Positions 1 through 8,253 of a stretch of DNA of 26,335 nt are shown piece after piece. Made by a program: the position numbers and the translations under genes. Location: the NCBI GenBank assembly GCA_964407715.1, contig CAYOWP010000013.1, positions 1 through 26,335 of the forward strand. The letters run 5' to 3'. The notes below the pieces were generated by a model. The model saw nothing but the letters and a program-made list of their open reading frames with translations. It searched no databases and was not told the DNA's origin. How positions within the stretch are numbered: position 1 is the stretch's first letter; every line of letters starts with the position of its first letter. The DNA comes from an uncultured archaeon (lineage in GTDB: Archaea > EX4484-52 > JAADEF01).

Positions 1-2
1 TT

Positions 3-1085
3 ACCAACATCACAGTGAAAGGTTCAGATACTTTAAAGAATAATGGGATTTTAGTTAATTGGGCAGATCATAGCACATTTACCAATATAATCTCAAATGA
101 TAATTATGCTGGAATGTATATTGATGCTGTTTATTATTCTACCTTTAAAAATATAACAGTGAACAATAACTATTATGGTATTTATCTTTTTGATGATTGT
201 GATTATGATACACTTACAAATATAACAGCAAAGAATAACTATTATGGAATTTATGTGCCTTATTATATGTGGGAGGTTATTATCGCAAATTCTACTATAT
301 CTAATAACACAGAATGTGGGATTTATTTATGTGACGCTTCTGATAATTATCTTTACAATAATTTTTTAAACAATATGAACAATACATATATTTGTGATCC
401 ATCTTCAAATCCAAATTACTGGAATACTTCATTGCACTCTGGCACTAATATAGTAGGAGGGTCTCTCATAGGAGGTAATTTCTATGCTACCCCTTCAGGA
501 ACGGGATACTCGCAAATATGCAATGACACTGATAATAATGGAATATGCGACCAACCATATGTAATAGCATCTGGGAACATAGATTATTATCCTCTAGCGT
601 TATCAAAGACATATCCTTTAAATCCAAAAATCTATGTGGGAGAGCAATTGGCATGGAAATATGACGGATTCTTTACTAAAAGCGCAAAGATAGATATAAC
701 TCCTTACATACTTAATTATATCAACAATAATTGTTCTGGAACATTACCATGTACAATTCCAATAACATATAAAGCAGATTCTCGTGGAGGTATTAATATT
801 GTTGGGGATATCATATATAGAGGATATGTGGTAAGGGTCGAGAACATACTCTTTGAGAATGCAGGAATAAAGAACATAACTATCTATAGCAATGATTATA
901 AGAAAGTATGCTATACAAATCTCTCAAAGATATATGTTTTACCTCCTGGAGGAATAGGCATTTTCAGGATACCTTGCGATATACTGTGCAATAACATAAA
1001 AGACATAATAGTTGAAACCACGTGTGGTGTAAAGGATAAGCTATCAAGTCATCCTATAAGAGACAAGATTTTGTGGTGTGGATAA
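3..1085 (+). CDS. NosD/CASH right-handed beta-helix cell-surface protein, 5'-truncated by the window edge
   Basis: Repeated 'NITxxNNyYGIYl' beta-helix rungs. The cap 'GTNIVGGSLIGGNFY...CNDTDNNGICDQPY...NIDYYPL' is typical of archaeal NosD-domain surface proteins. The frame is open upstream of the GTG at 15 (ACC AAC ATC ACA), so the real start lies outside the window. Confidence 0.8.
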   Translation, partial: TNITVKGSDTLKNNGILVNWADHSTFTNIISNDNYAGMYIDAVYYSTFKNITVNNNYYGIYLFDDCDYDTLTNITAKNNYYGIYVPYYMWEVIIANSTISNNTECGIYLCDASDNYLYNNFLNNMNNTYICDPSSNPNYWNTSLHSGTNIVGGSLIGGNFYATPSGTGYSQICNDTDNNGICDQPYVIASGNIDYYPLALSKTYPLNPKIYVGEQLAWKYDGFFTKSAKIDITPYILNYINNNCSGTLPCTIPITYKADSRGGINIVGDIIYRGYVVRVENILFENAGIKNITIYSNDYKKVCYTNLSKIYVLPPGGIGIFRIPCDILCNNIKDIIVETTCGVKDKLSSHPIRDKILWCG

Positions 1086-1092
1086 ATAAAAG

Positions 1093-1455
1093 TTATTTTC
1101 TTATAACAAAAAGTTTATAAAACATATAGGGAGACCATTTATGAATCCTATGGTATAGGATTCTTTTAATACTTTTAAAATGGTGAAGGGATCTATCTAA
1201 AAATAGAATATCTATAATCAAAAGCGAAAGAATTTCTATTTTATTGAGTAAAAGAATTGTCTTTATCTCAGGAGCTTTTGTTAGGGCATATATAATCCAC
1301 ATAATTACATACCAAATAGATATAATGAGGGTTATTTCTCTTACATTGTTCTCAAATATACTTTTTTGTAATGGAGATTTGCAATGTATACATCTATCTC
1401 TATTTATTGGCGTAGGAAGAGAGCAAACTCTACATACAATCATTTCCTCTTTCAT
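1093..1455 (-). CDS. Hypothetical membrane protein with N-terminal zinc ribbon
   Basis: CRVC...CIHC motif followed by two hydrophobic segments; GGAGGT SD upstream on the minus strand. Confidence 0.65.
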   Translation of the reverse strand: MKEEMIVCRVCSLPTPINRDRCIHCKSPLQKSIFENNVREITLIISIWYVIMWIIYALTKAPEIKTILLLNKIEILSLLIIDILFLDRSLHHFKSIKRILYHRIHKWSPYMFYKLFVIRK

Positions 1456-1592
1456 TTAGTTTTACCTCCCTTCACAATATTAGAAACAAAAATTTATTTA
1501 TGCATCTGGCTATAAAAATATTTATGTAATGATATTATCATCTTGATATAATGCTATACAATATATTGTGGTCATGAAAAAAGTGAATTCAT

Positions 1593-3167
1593 ATGAGAGA
1601 TAAAAAGGAGCAAGAGGAAATCATCTTAGAGAGATACGATTTAGAGGCAGATGGAGTTAAGGCAGAGATAATAATAAAAAGAAGTATTAAGGATTATGTT
1701 CCTCATTACATATTGAATAAGCAAGAGATTTCAACTGCTGTTAAGGCAATTTTGGAGACAATCAGAGATGAAATAATCCAGGATATAGATTTGTCAGTTA
1801 GAGAATTTGTTGATCCTTCTTTTTATTCACGTGTAAAGGAGAAATTTAGAAAGAAAATTCAAAAAGAACTTGATAAATATTTGCCATATTCATCTGATGA
1901 AGAGAAGAAACATCTTACAGGTATCTTATTGCATGAGATGTTAGGATTGGAGGATATAGAGATTCTTTTAGTGGATAATAATATCGAGGAGATTGTGGTA
2001 AACTCACATAATGAGCCTATTTGGGTATATCATAAAAAATATGGATGGTTAAAGACAAATATATTTGTGGAGAGTGAAGAGAAAATTTATAATTTTGCCT
2101 CTGCTATTGGAAGAAGAGTTGGCAGACAAATCACAAACCTAAACCCTCTAATGGATGCTCATTTACCTACAGGAGATAGAGTAAATGCAACTTTGTTTCC
2201 TATTTCAACAGAGGGAAACACACTTACAATAAGAAGATTCTCGCGAAATCCATGGACAATAATACATTTTATAGAAAGCAAGACCTTAAGCGTTGAGGTT
2301 GCTGCTTTTTTATGGACTGCTATTCAATATGAAATGAACCTTTTGGTTGCTGGGGGAACAGCATCAGGAAAAACCTCTATGCTTAATGTTCTCATGCCTT
2401 TCATGCCTCCAAATCATAGAATTATCTCCATAGAGGACACTCGCGAGATAAATCTTCCAAGCTTTTTACATTGGGTTCCATTATCATCTCGTGAACCAAA
2501 TCCTGAAGGAAAAGGAGCAGTGACTATGTTAGATTTGTTGGTAAACTCTCTTAGAATGAGGCCTGATAGGATAATAATAGGAGAAATAAGAAGAAAGGAA
2601 GAGGCAGAGGTTATGTTTGAGGCAATAAGAACAGGTCACAGTGCATATGCCACATTTCATGGTGACAGAGCAGAGGAGGTTTTTAAGAGATTGCTAAATC
2701 CACCAATGAGCTTGCCTCCTTCTGTGCTAAGCGCCTTACATCTTATAGTTGTTCAGTTTAGACATAGAAGATTAGGCATTAGGAGAACATTGGAGATAGC
2801 AGAGATAATTCCTGCAGAGGAGAAAAGTAGTTTTAATATAATTTATAGATGGAATGCTAAGCAAGATATCATTGAACGCTTTAATAAGCCATACAGGATA
2901 ATGGAAGATATCTATTTATATACAGGGATGAATGAAAAAGAAGTAGAGGAGGAGCTTAAAAAGAAGATAAGCATCTTGGAATGGATGAGAAAGAACAATA
3001 TAAAGACCATAAATTCTGTTGGTAAGGTTATTGCAGAATATTATAGAGATGAGGCATATCTTATGGAATTTATTAATAAAAAGAGATTGGATGAGGAGGA
3101 TTTCAAAGAATTGTTTGGAGATGACATTTATAAAGAATGGAAACAATCTTTAAAAACATCTGGATGA
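1593..3167 (+). CDS. Type II/IV secretion (CpaF/TadA/VirB11-family) pilus assembly ATPase
   Basis: Walker A GGTASGKT, Asp box SIEDTRE, LRMRPDRIIIGEIR (Walker B), His box TGHSAYATFHG. Confidence 0.95.
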   Translation: MRDKKEQEEIILERYDLEADGVKAEIIIKRSIKDYVPHYILNKQEISTAVKAILETIRDEIIQDIDLSVREFVDPSFYSRVKEKFRKKIQKELDKYLPYSSDEEKKHLTGILLHEMLGLEDIEILLVDNNIEEIVVNSHNEPIWVYHKKYGWLKTNIFVESEEKIYNFASAIGRRVGRQITNLNPLMDAHLPTGDRVNATLFPISTEGNTLTIRRFSRNPWTIIHFIESKTLSVEVAAFLWTAIQYEMNLLVAGGTASGKTSMLNVLMPFMPPNHRIISIEDTREINLPSFLHWVPLSSREPNPEGKGAVTMLDLLVNSLRMRPDRIIIGEIRRKEEAEVMFEAIRTGHSAYATFHGDRAEEVFKRLLNPPMSLPPSVLSALHLIVVQFRHRRLGIRRTLEIAEIIPAEEKSSFNIIYRWNAKQDIIERFNKPYRIMEDIYLYTGMNEKEVEEELKKKISILEWMRKNNIKTINSVGKVIAEYYRDEAYLMEFINKKRLDEEDFKELFGDDIYKEWKQSLKTSG

Positions 3168-3176
3168 GGAGAGAGT

Positions 3177-4034
3177 ATGTTTAGGATAAATGAGAATATC
3201 TTGAGAAGAAGCTCTTTTTTATATCCCATCGCAAACAAATTAGCAAAGTCTTTTAGACACCTCAATATCTATTTATATCAAGCCGAGGTACCTTTAAATT
3301 TGGTTGAATATATTGCATATTCTCTTTACTCCTCTTTACAGATTACTTTTTTCTTTTTTGCTTCTTTGTTGATATTATATTTCTTCACCAAAGAGATCAT
3401 ATTTTTGAAAATACTTCCCATATCCATTCTATTCTTTTTTATGTTTTTTTATACTCAACTTTATAGACCTAAAGTTTATGCATTAAGAAAGGCGAGAAAG
3501 ATAGAAGAGGAGCTTCCATATGCGCTTAGACACATGCTTATTCAAATAAGATCAGGAGTGCCACTTTATCAGACCCTCGTGTCATTAACAAGGGATTATG
3601 GAGAGTTAAGTGAAGAGTTCAAGAAAATTATTAAGAAAATCAATGCGGGATATAGCGAATCAAAAGCATTAGAAGAAAGCATATTAAGAAGTGCATCTGA
3701 TAAATATCGCAAATCTTTTTGGCAGATACTCAATGCTATAAAGACAGGGACAGATATTGAAAGACCTTTGGAAAATGTTGTAAATGAAATCATAAATGAG
3801 CAAATCATTACAATAAAGGATTATGGAAGACAACTAAATCCTCTAACACTCATATATATGATGATAGCAGTGATCATGCCATCCTTAGGAATTACTTTTT
3901 TGATGATAATCTCTTCTTTTGCAGGATTTTCTCTCAATAAAGGAATCTTTATAGGGATTATTATATTCTCAATCTTTTTCCAATGGGGTTTCCTTAATTT
4001 GATAAAAAGCAAAAGACCAACAATCAAGATATAA
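3177..4034 (+). CDS. Type II secretion system F-family (TadB/TadC-like) pilus platform protein
   Basis: 'IEEELPYALRHMLIQIRSGVPL...YGELSEEF' T2SSF signature; several TM helices; directly after the ATPase. Confidence 0.9.
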   Translation: MFRINENILRRSSFLYPIANKLAKSFRHLNIYLYQAEVPLNLVEYIAYSLYSSLQITFFFFASLLILYFFTKEIIFLKILPISILFFFMFFYTQLYRPKVYALRKARKIEEELPYALRHMLIQIRSGVPLYQTLVSLTRDYGELSEEFKKIIKKINAGYSESKALEESILRSASDKYRKSFWQILNAIKTGTDIERPLENVVNEIINEQIITIKDYGRQLNPLTLIYMMIAVIMPSLGITFLMIISSFAGFSLNKGIFIGIIIFSIFFQWGFLNLIKSKRPTIKI

Positions 4035-4045
4035 GGTGCTTTTAA

Positions 4046-5137
4046 ATGACATTTAAGTGGCTAATAAAAAGAAGGCATAGGAAAGATTTGGAGGAGATAA
4101 AAAGAAAAATAGAAAATGTGGAAAAGGAGGCAAAAAGAAACAAATTCAAAAGATATGTGGTTACGCTTTATTATTTACTTCCAAATTTTTATAAAAGAAA
4201 GATAGAGGAGGAAGCACGATATTCAAACATAGAAGATTATCCTTATTATTATTCCCAAATATCAATAATCTCTTTTTTGCTACTTTCTATATTTCCCATC
4301 TATCTATTTTTAATTAAGGTTTCTTTCATATTTCCTGTTTTGCTTTTTATTTTCATGTTAATAGCATCTTTATTAATTCCTTATTTTTCCTTGATAATGT
4401 CTGCTGAAAGTAGAAGAAAAAGGATAGAGAAATATCTTCCAGATTTCTTGATTCTTGTATCTTCAAATATGAAATCAGGTCTTACTATTGATAAAGCCAT
4501 CCTTTTTGCATCTCGGAAGGAATTTGGTGAGCTCAGTGAGATTACAAGAAAAGCAGCATATGAGATTTATAGCGGTAAAGATGTTGATGATGCACTTTTG
4601 GATATGTCATCTTATATAAAATCACAAATTTTTAATAAAACAATAAAATTGCTAATTCAGGGATTAAGAGCTGGAGGAAACATTGCAAAATTGCTTGAAG
4701 AGGCCGCAAATGATATTCGCAACACAGAGCTATTACAGAAGGAGATCAAAACTACTGTTATAACATATATCATGTTTATATTCTTTGCTGGTGTTATAGC
4801 ATCTCCTGTGCTCTTCGCAATATCTGTTTTTCTAATAAATTCTACAATGTCTATGTGGAAGATTGATGTTTCAATGGAGGAAATGCTCAAGGAATATAGT
4901 GTTATGAATATCATGACCATACACAAGCCAAAGATAAATGTTCAAATGTTTGAGATATTTTCCCTTATCTCGCTCATGATTACCACTTTTTTTGCTGGTT
5001 TATTGATTTCCATAATTCAAACAGGAGGATATAAAAATGCATTGAAATATTCTCCTATTTTCATGCTCCTAAGCATCGCAATTTATTATGGCGCATATTA
5101 TCTTTTATCTTATTTATTCGGAAACATGTTGATATAG
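4046..5137 (+). CDS. Type II secretion system F-family (TadC-like) pilus platform protein
   Basis: 'IEKYLPDFLILVSSNMKSGLTIDKA...FGELSE' and 'GGNIAKLLEEAANDIR' signatures; multi-pass membrane protein. Confidence 0.9.
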   Translation: MTFKWLIKRRHRKDLEEIKRKIENVEKEAKRNKFKRYVVTLYYLLPNFYKRKIEEEARYSNIEDYPYYYSQISIISFLLLSIFPIYLFLIKVSFIFPVLLFIFMLIASLLIPYFSLIMSAESRRKRIEKYLPDFLILVSSNMKSGLTIDKAILFASRKEFGELSEITRKAAYEIYSGKDVDDALLDMSSYIKSQIFNKTIKLLIQGLRAGGNIAKLLEEAANDIRNTELLQKEIKTTVITYIMFIFFAGVIASPVLFAISVFLINSTMSMWKIDVSMEEMLKEYSVMNIMTIHKPKINVQMFEIFSLISLMITTFFAGLLISIIQTGGYKNALKYSPIFMLLSIAIYYGAYYLLSYLFGNMLI

Positions 5138-5161
5138 AGGAAAGGAGAAAGGCATTTTCTT

Positions 5162-5464
5162 TTAGACATATACTATCTCCTTTTTTATATTCTCTTTTAT
5201 TTCTTTTATCCTTATGGATTCTATTCCATAAGGAGTGAGTATATCTACTTTTCTACCAAATATATTTTCAAGAAAATCTATTAGTTTTCCTACATTTTCA
5301 AATGTTGCCTTTCCTTCCTCAAACTCCACAATAACATCTATATCGCTTCCTTTTTTTAATTCATCTCTTATTGCAGAGCCAAAAACACCTATTTTCTTAA
5401 CACCAAACTTTTTTATTTCTGTTAAATTTCTACTTAATATTTCAATAATTTCTTTTGATTTCAT
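5162..5464 (-). CDS. Minimal nucleotidyltransferase (MNT/MntA-type antitoxin)
   Basis: 100 aa; 'FGVKKIGVFGSAIRDE...SDIDVIVEF' GS...DxD motif; 'LENIFGRKVDIL'; ends EIVYV. Confidence 0.9.
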   Translation of the reverse strand: MKSKEIIEILSRNLTEIKKFGVKKIGVFGSAIRDELKKGSDIDVIVEFEEGKATFENVGKLIDFLENIFGRKVDILTPYGIESIRIKEIKENIKKEIVYV

Positions 5465-5536
5465 AATATCTATATTTGAAAAATGATAGTTTAAAAAAAT
5501 TTGGTTAAAAAAGAAAATAATAGAGATCTTTACAAC

Positions 5537-5911
5537 TTATTCAATTAGAACCGCGTTAACCACTCCTTCCTGACCAGGTCTGGATGTAACCTTTGCTTTA
5601 CCTAATTCAGTTTGAATAATGGCTCCTTTAGTAATTATTTTCTTTTTTACAAAGTGCATATTTGCTTTGTTTTCTATCACATCTAATATCTTTACCTTTT
5701 GAGCTTTGCCATCTTTGTTAATGATAGCATAATCAACAGAAACAGCTCTAACCTTTATATTTCCTCCCCTCACTCTAATAACTTTTATTTTTGGTTCACC
5801 TATTGTTGTATATGTTGGCTCTCTTCCTATTTCATATTTCTTATGCTTCCTATTTCTATGGTATAAACCACCTGTCTTTTTTCTCCTTGATCTACTATGC
5901 CACACAGCCAT
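5537..5911 (-). CDS. rps8e: 30S ribosomal protein S8e (eS8)
   Basis: MAVWHSRSRRKKTGG, RVRGGNIKVR, IITKGAIIQTELGKAKVTSRPGQEGVVNAVL. Confidence 0.97.
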   Translation of the reverse strand: MAVWHSRSRRKKTGGLYHRNRKHKKYEIGREPTYTTIGEPKIKVIRVRGGNIKVRAVSVDYAIINKDGKAQKVKILDVIENKANMHFVKKKIITKGAIIQTELGKAKVTSRPGQEGVVNAVLIE

Positions 5912-5947
5912 AAAGAATAAAATGATAGGTAATTTTAAATAATTTTT

Positions 5948-6387
5948 TTAACGCAAAAGTATTTTCTAAAAGGTTTTAGAGAAGTTAACCAAATTAAGGC
6001 TAGCTACTCTCAAACCTCTTTAGAAGATTATCTGCTTAGATGTGTTCTGTTGGAGCGTAATGTTTCCTCTTAACCAAAAATTTTTTTAATAAGATTGGTT
6101 AAAGGGAAGATATTACCATACCAAGCACATAAGAGCATGCTAACCTTTCTTCATGTTATCTGCTTCCTAAACGCTCGAAGAGGTTAGCATGCCATAAAGT
6201 GCCTTTGACATGGTATACTTCCCCTTAACCATATTTATTAAAAAATTGGTTAACGCGCAAAATCGCTAACACAAAGGCATTGCAGCATGCTATCCTCTTT
6301 TCGAGTTACCTGCTCTAAGACCTTTGGAAAAGCGATGTTCTTTGCGTTAACCATTTTATTAAAAAAATTTTTGGTTAGCGTGAAGAT
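5948..6387. repeat. Palindromic repeat array A: three hairpin units (5948-6075, 6097-6230, 6248-6352) separated by TTAACC-(A/T-rich)-GGTTAA linkers
   Basis: Arms read directly from the sequence: GCATGCTAACCT (6135-6146) pairs with AGGTTAGCATGC (6181-6192), and GGTTAACGC (6248-6256) pairs with GCGTTAACC (6344-6352). Linkers at 6070-6102, 6225-6253 and 6347-6378. Confidence 0.9.
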
Positions 6388-6390
6388 TCA

Positions 6391-6921
6391 TTATTCAATC
6401 CATAAGCAACCTTCTCTATCAAAAGAAGGAGCATATTTATCGCATAGATATGGGATTGCATATCCATTCTCAATAAGAAAATCATTAATATCTGTTCCGT
6501 TAAATATAACATATCCCAACAATCTATGATATTTATCACGTTCATATTTTTTATCTTGCAAGATAATAATGCTCTTGTTTTCTAACATTTCTTTTAGCAA
6601 TGAAATACTCTCATGATAACATCTTATGAGTATTGACATATTTTTCACATGATATTTAAATAACCATTTATTTACTCTCTCCTGAGGAGCAAGATCAGGA
6701 AAATCTATGCATTTTAATCTTAAACGTTCAACTCTACTTGTATTTAACACATAAACTTCAAAGGTATCACCATCTATCACTTTTAAAACCTTTGCATAAA
6801 GCATATATTGCCTTTGAGAATTAACCTTCTCATTAACATATAAAACGCTTATAAAAATCAATAGAAACACAAATATACAGCAAACTAGAAGGAATATCCT
6901 CATGAGAGATTTTCTCCTCAT
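6391..6921 (-). CDS. Thermonuclease (staphylococcal nuclease-like) with N-terminal membrane anchor
   Basis: 'KVIDGDTFEV', 'RLRLKCIDFPD', 'RDKYHRLLGYV', 'INDFLIENGYA'; hydrophobic N-terminus. Confidence 0.88.
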   Translation of the reverse strand: MRRKSLMRIFLLVCCIFVFLLIFISVLYVNEKVNSQRQYMLYAKVLKVIDGDTFEVYVLNTSRVERLRLKCIDFPDLAPQERVNKWLFKYHVKNMSILIRCYHESISLLKEMLENKSIIILQDKKYERDKYHRLLGYVIFNGTDINDFLIENGYAIPYLCDKYAPSFDREGCLWIE

Positions 6922-8240
6922 AAGTCAATCACATTTCCATTATATGATAGTATTGCTGTTTTTCCTATTATATAACCCTCTTCCTTGCCCAATTCTGCTA
7001 AAGCAGAGGTTTTGCTAAGATCTCCATGGCTTGGAATCAAAAACTCTGGGTTTAACCACCTTAGAATATCACGAGAATCCTCTCTGCGTGCATGACCAGA
7101 AACATGGATTCCATCTATGACTCTTACCCCTTTTTCTTGCAAATTCCTCTCCAACACAAATCTGTTAGCGATGTTTACGGGATGAGGAATGGGATTTGAA
7201 GAAATAATTACAGTATCATTTTTATCCCACATATAAGGATACTCTCCTCTTGACATTCTTGTTAGCACAGCATCATATTCTCCTTGATTTCCTGTTAAAA
7301 TTACGAGATATTCCTCTTTATTCTGCTGGATCTTTTTTAGAACCTTTATAATCTTTTTTCTATGATAATAAATGGGAATATCCTTTACATCTATAAGATT
7401 TAATTTACGAGCGCATCGAACATAAAAATCTAAGCTCCTACCAAGCATTATCACTTTTCTTTCTCCTTTGTTTGCTTCTATTACAGAGTTTAACCTTGCA
7501 ATATGAGAAGAAAAAGTAGTGAAAAATACAGCCCCTTTGCTTTCTTCATAAGATTCTTTGATAACTTCTTTCACCATATATCTTGCCAAATTTTCAGATA
7601 ATGTTTTTGATTTTTCATCAGCCCTTAGGCTTTCCATAATGAGAACCTTTAATCCTTCTTTTCCAATCTTTTTAAATTGTCTTTTAGGAAATGGCTTTTC
7701 TTGTTTCAGAACAGGTGAAAAATCTATTTTATAATCATTAAGATAAGCCACATTTCCCTCTTTAGTTCTCAATAAAACCATAGAGCTATAAGGGATGCTA
7801 TGCGTAACATATATAAATTCTATACTCATTCCCTTTTTTCCTATTTTTACTTGTTGATTATAATCCAAACATTTCAATCTTTTAATAAGATGCTCTCTTC
7901 CTTGCTCCTTAAACATTTCTTTTAAAAGAAGATGGGTGTAAGGGGTTGCATAAATTGGGGCATTATATCTCTCAGCCATTATAGGGATAGCACCTATATG
8001 ATCAAGATGCCCATGCGATGGCACTATTGCAACAACCTTCTTACCTTTAAGAATAGAGTCATCAGGGATTGCAGAATATTTTATTAGTTCTCTATAGCTT
8101 GCATTTCTCTCTTCTTCTTCCATAAGAATTATTTTATCCATATTAAATCCCATATCAAAGATTACAACTTCCTTCTCATGCTCTATTGCAGTCATATTTC
8201 TTCCAACTTCATCATAGCCCCCAAGAGTGTATATTCTCAT
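6918..8240 (-). CDS. rnj: Ribonuclease J (archaeal beta-CASP MBL-fold RNase)
   Basis: 'LGGYDEVGRNMT', 'SHGHLDHIGA', 'THSIP', 'TTFSSHIARL', 'HVSGHA', 'IPSHGD'. Confidence 0.93.
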   Translation of the reverse strand: MRIYTLGGYDEVGRNMTAIEHEKEVVIFDMGFNMDKIILMEEEERNASYRELIKYSAIPDDSILKGKKVVAIVPSHGHLDHIGAIPIMAERYNAPIYATPYTHLLLKEMFKEQGREHLIKRLKCLDYNQQVKIGKKGMSIEFIYVTHSIPYSSMVLLRTKEGNVAYLNDYKIDFSPVLKQEKPFPKRQFKKIGKEGLKVLIMESLRADEKSKTLSENLARYMVKEVIKESYEESKGAVFFTTFSSHIARLNSVIEANKGERKVIMLGRSLDFYVRCARKLNLIDVKDIPIYYHRKKIIKVLKKIQQNKEEYLVILTGNQGEYDAVLTRMSRGEYPYMWDKNDTVIISSNPIPHPVNIANRFVLERNLQEKGVRVIDGIHVSGHARREDSRDILRWLNPEFLIPSHGDLSKTSALAELGKEEGYIIGKTAILSYNGNVIDL

Positions 8241-8253
8241 TTGTATTCCTCCC

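Noticed and set aside
1593-5137. Archaellum (arlI/arlJ) operon
   Set aside because: There are two separate T2SS-F genes and no adjacent archaellin, ArlF/G or ArlH, which fits a type IV/Tad pilus better.
6097-6352. Integron attC sites (GTT...AAC cores)
   Set aside because: The long hairpins run GTTAA...TTAAC rather than RYYYAAC...GTTRRRY, no cassette ORFs lie between them, and no integrase is present. It is only a loose analogy.
5948-6387. CRISPR array interpretation of the repeat loci
   Set aside because: The linkers vary in length and orientation, the intervening segments are ~95-125 bp, homologous to each other and self-complementary, and no cas genes are in the window.
6287-6529. 80-aa + strand ORF; likewise the 61-aa ORF at 20683-20868
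   Set aside because: Both run through the palindromic repeats and overlap real genes, and neither shows protein-like motifs.
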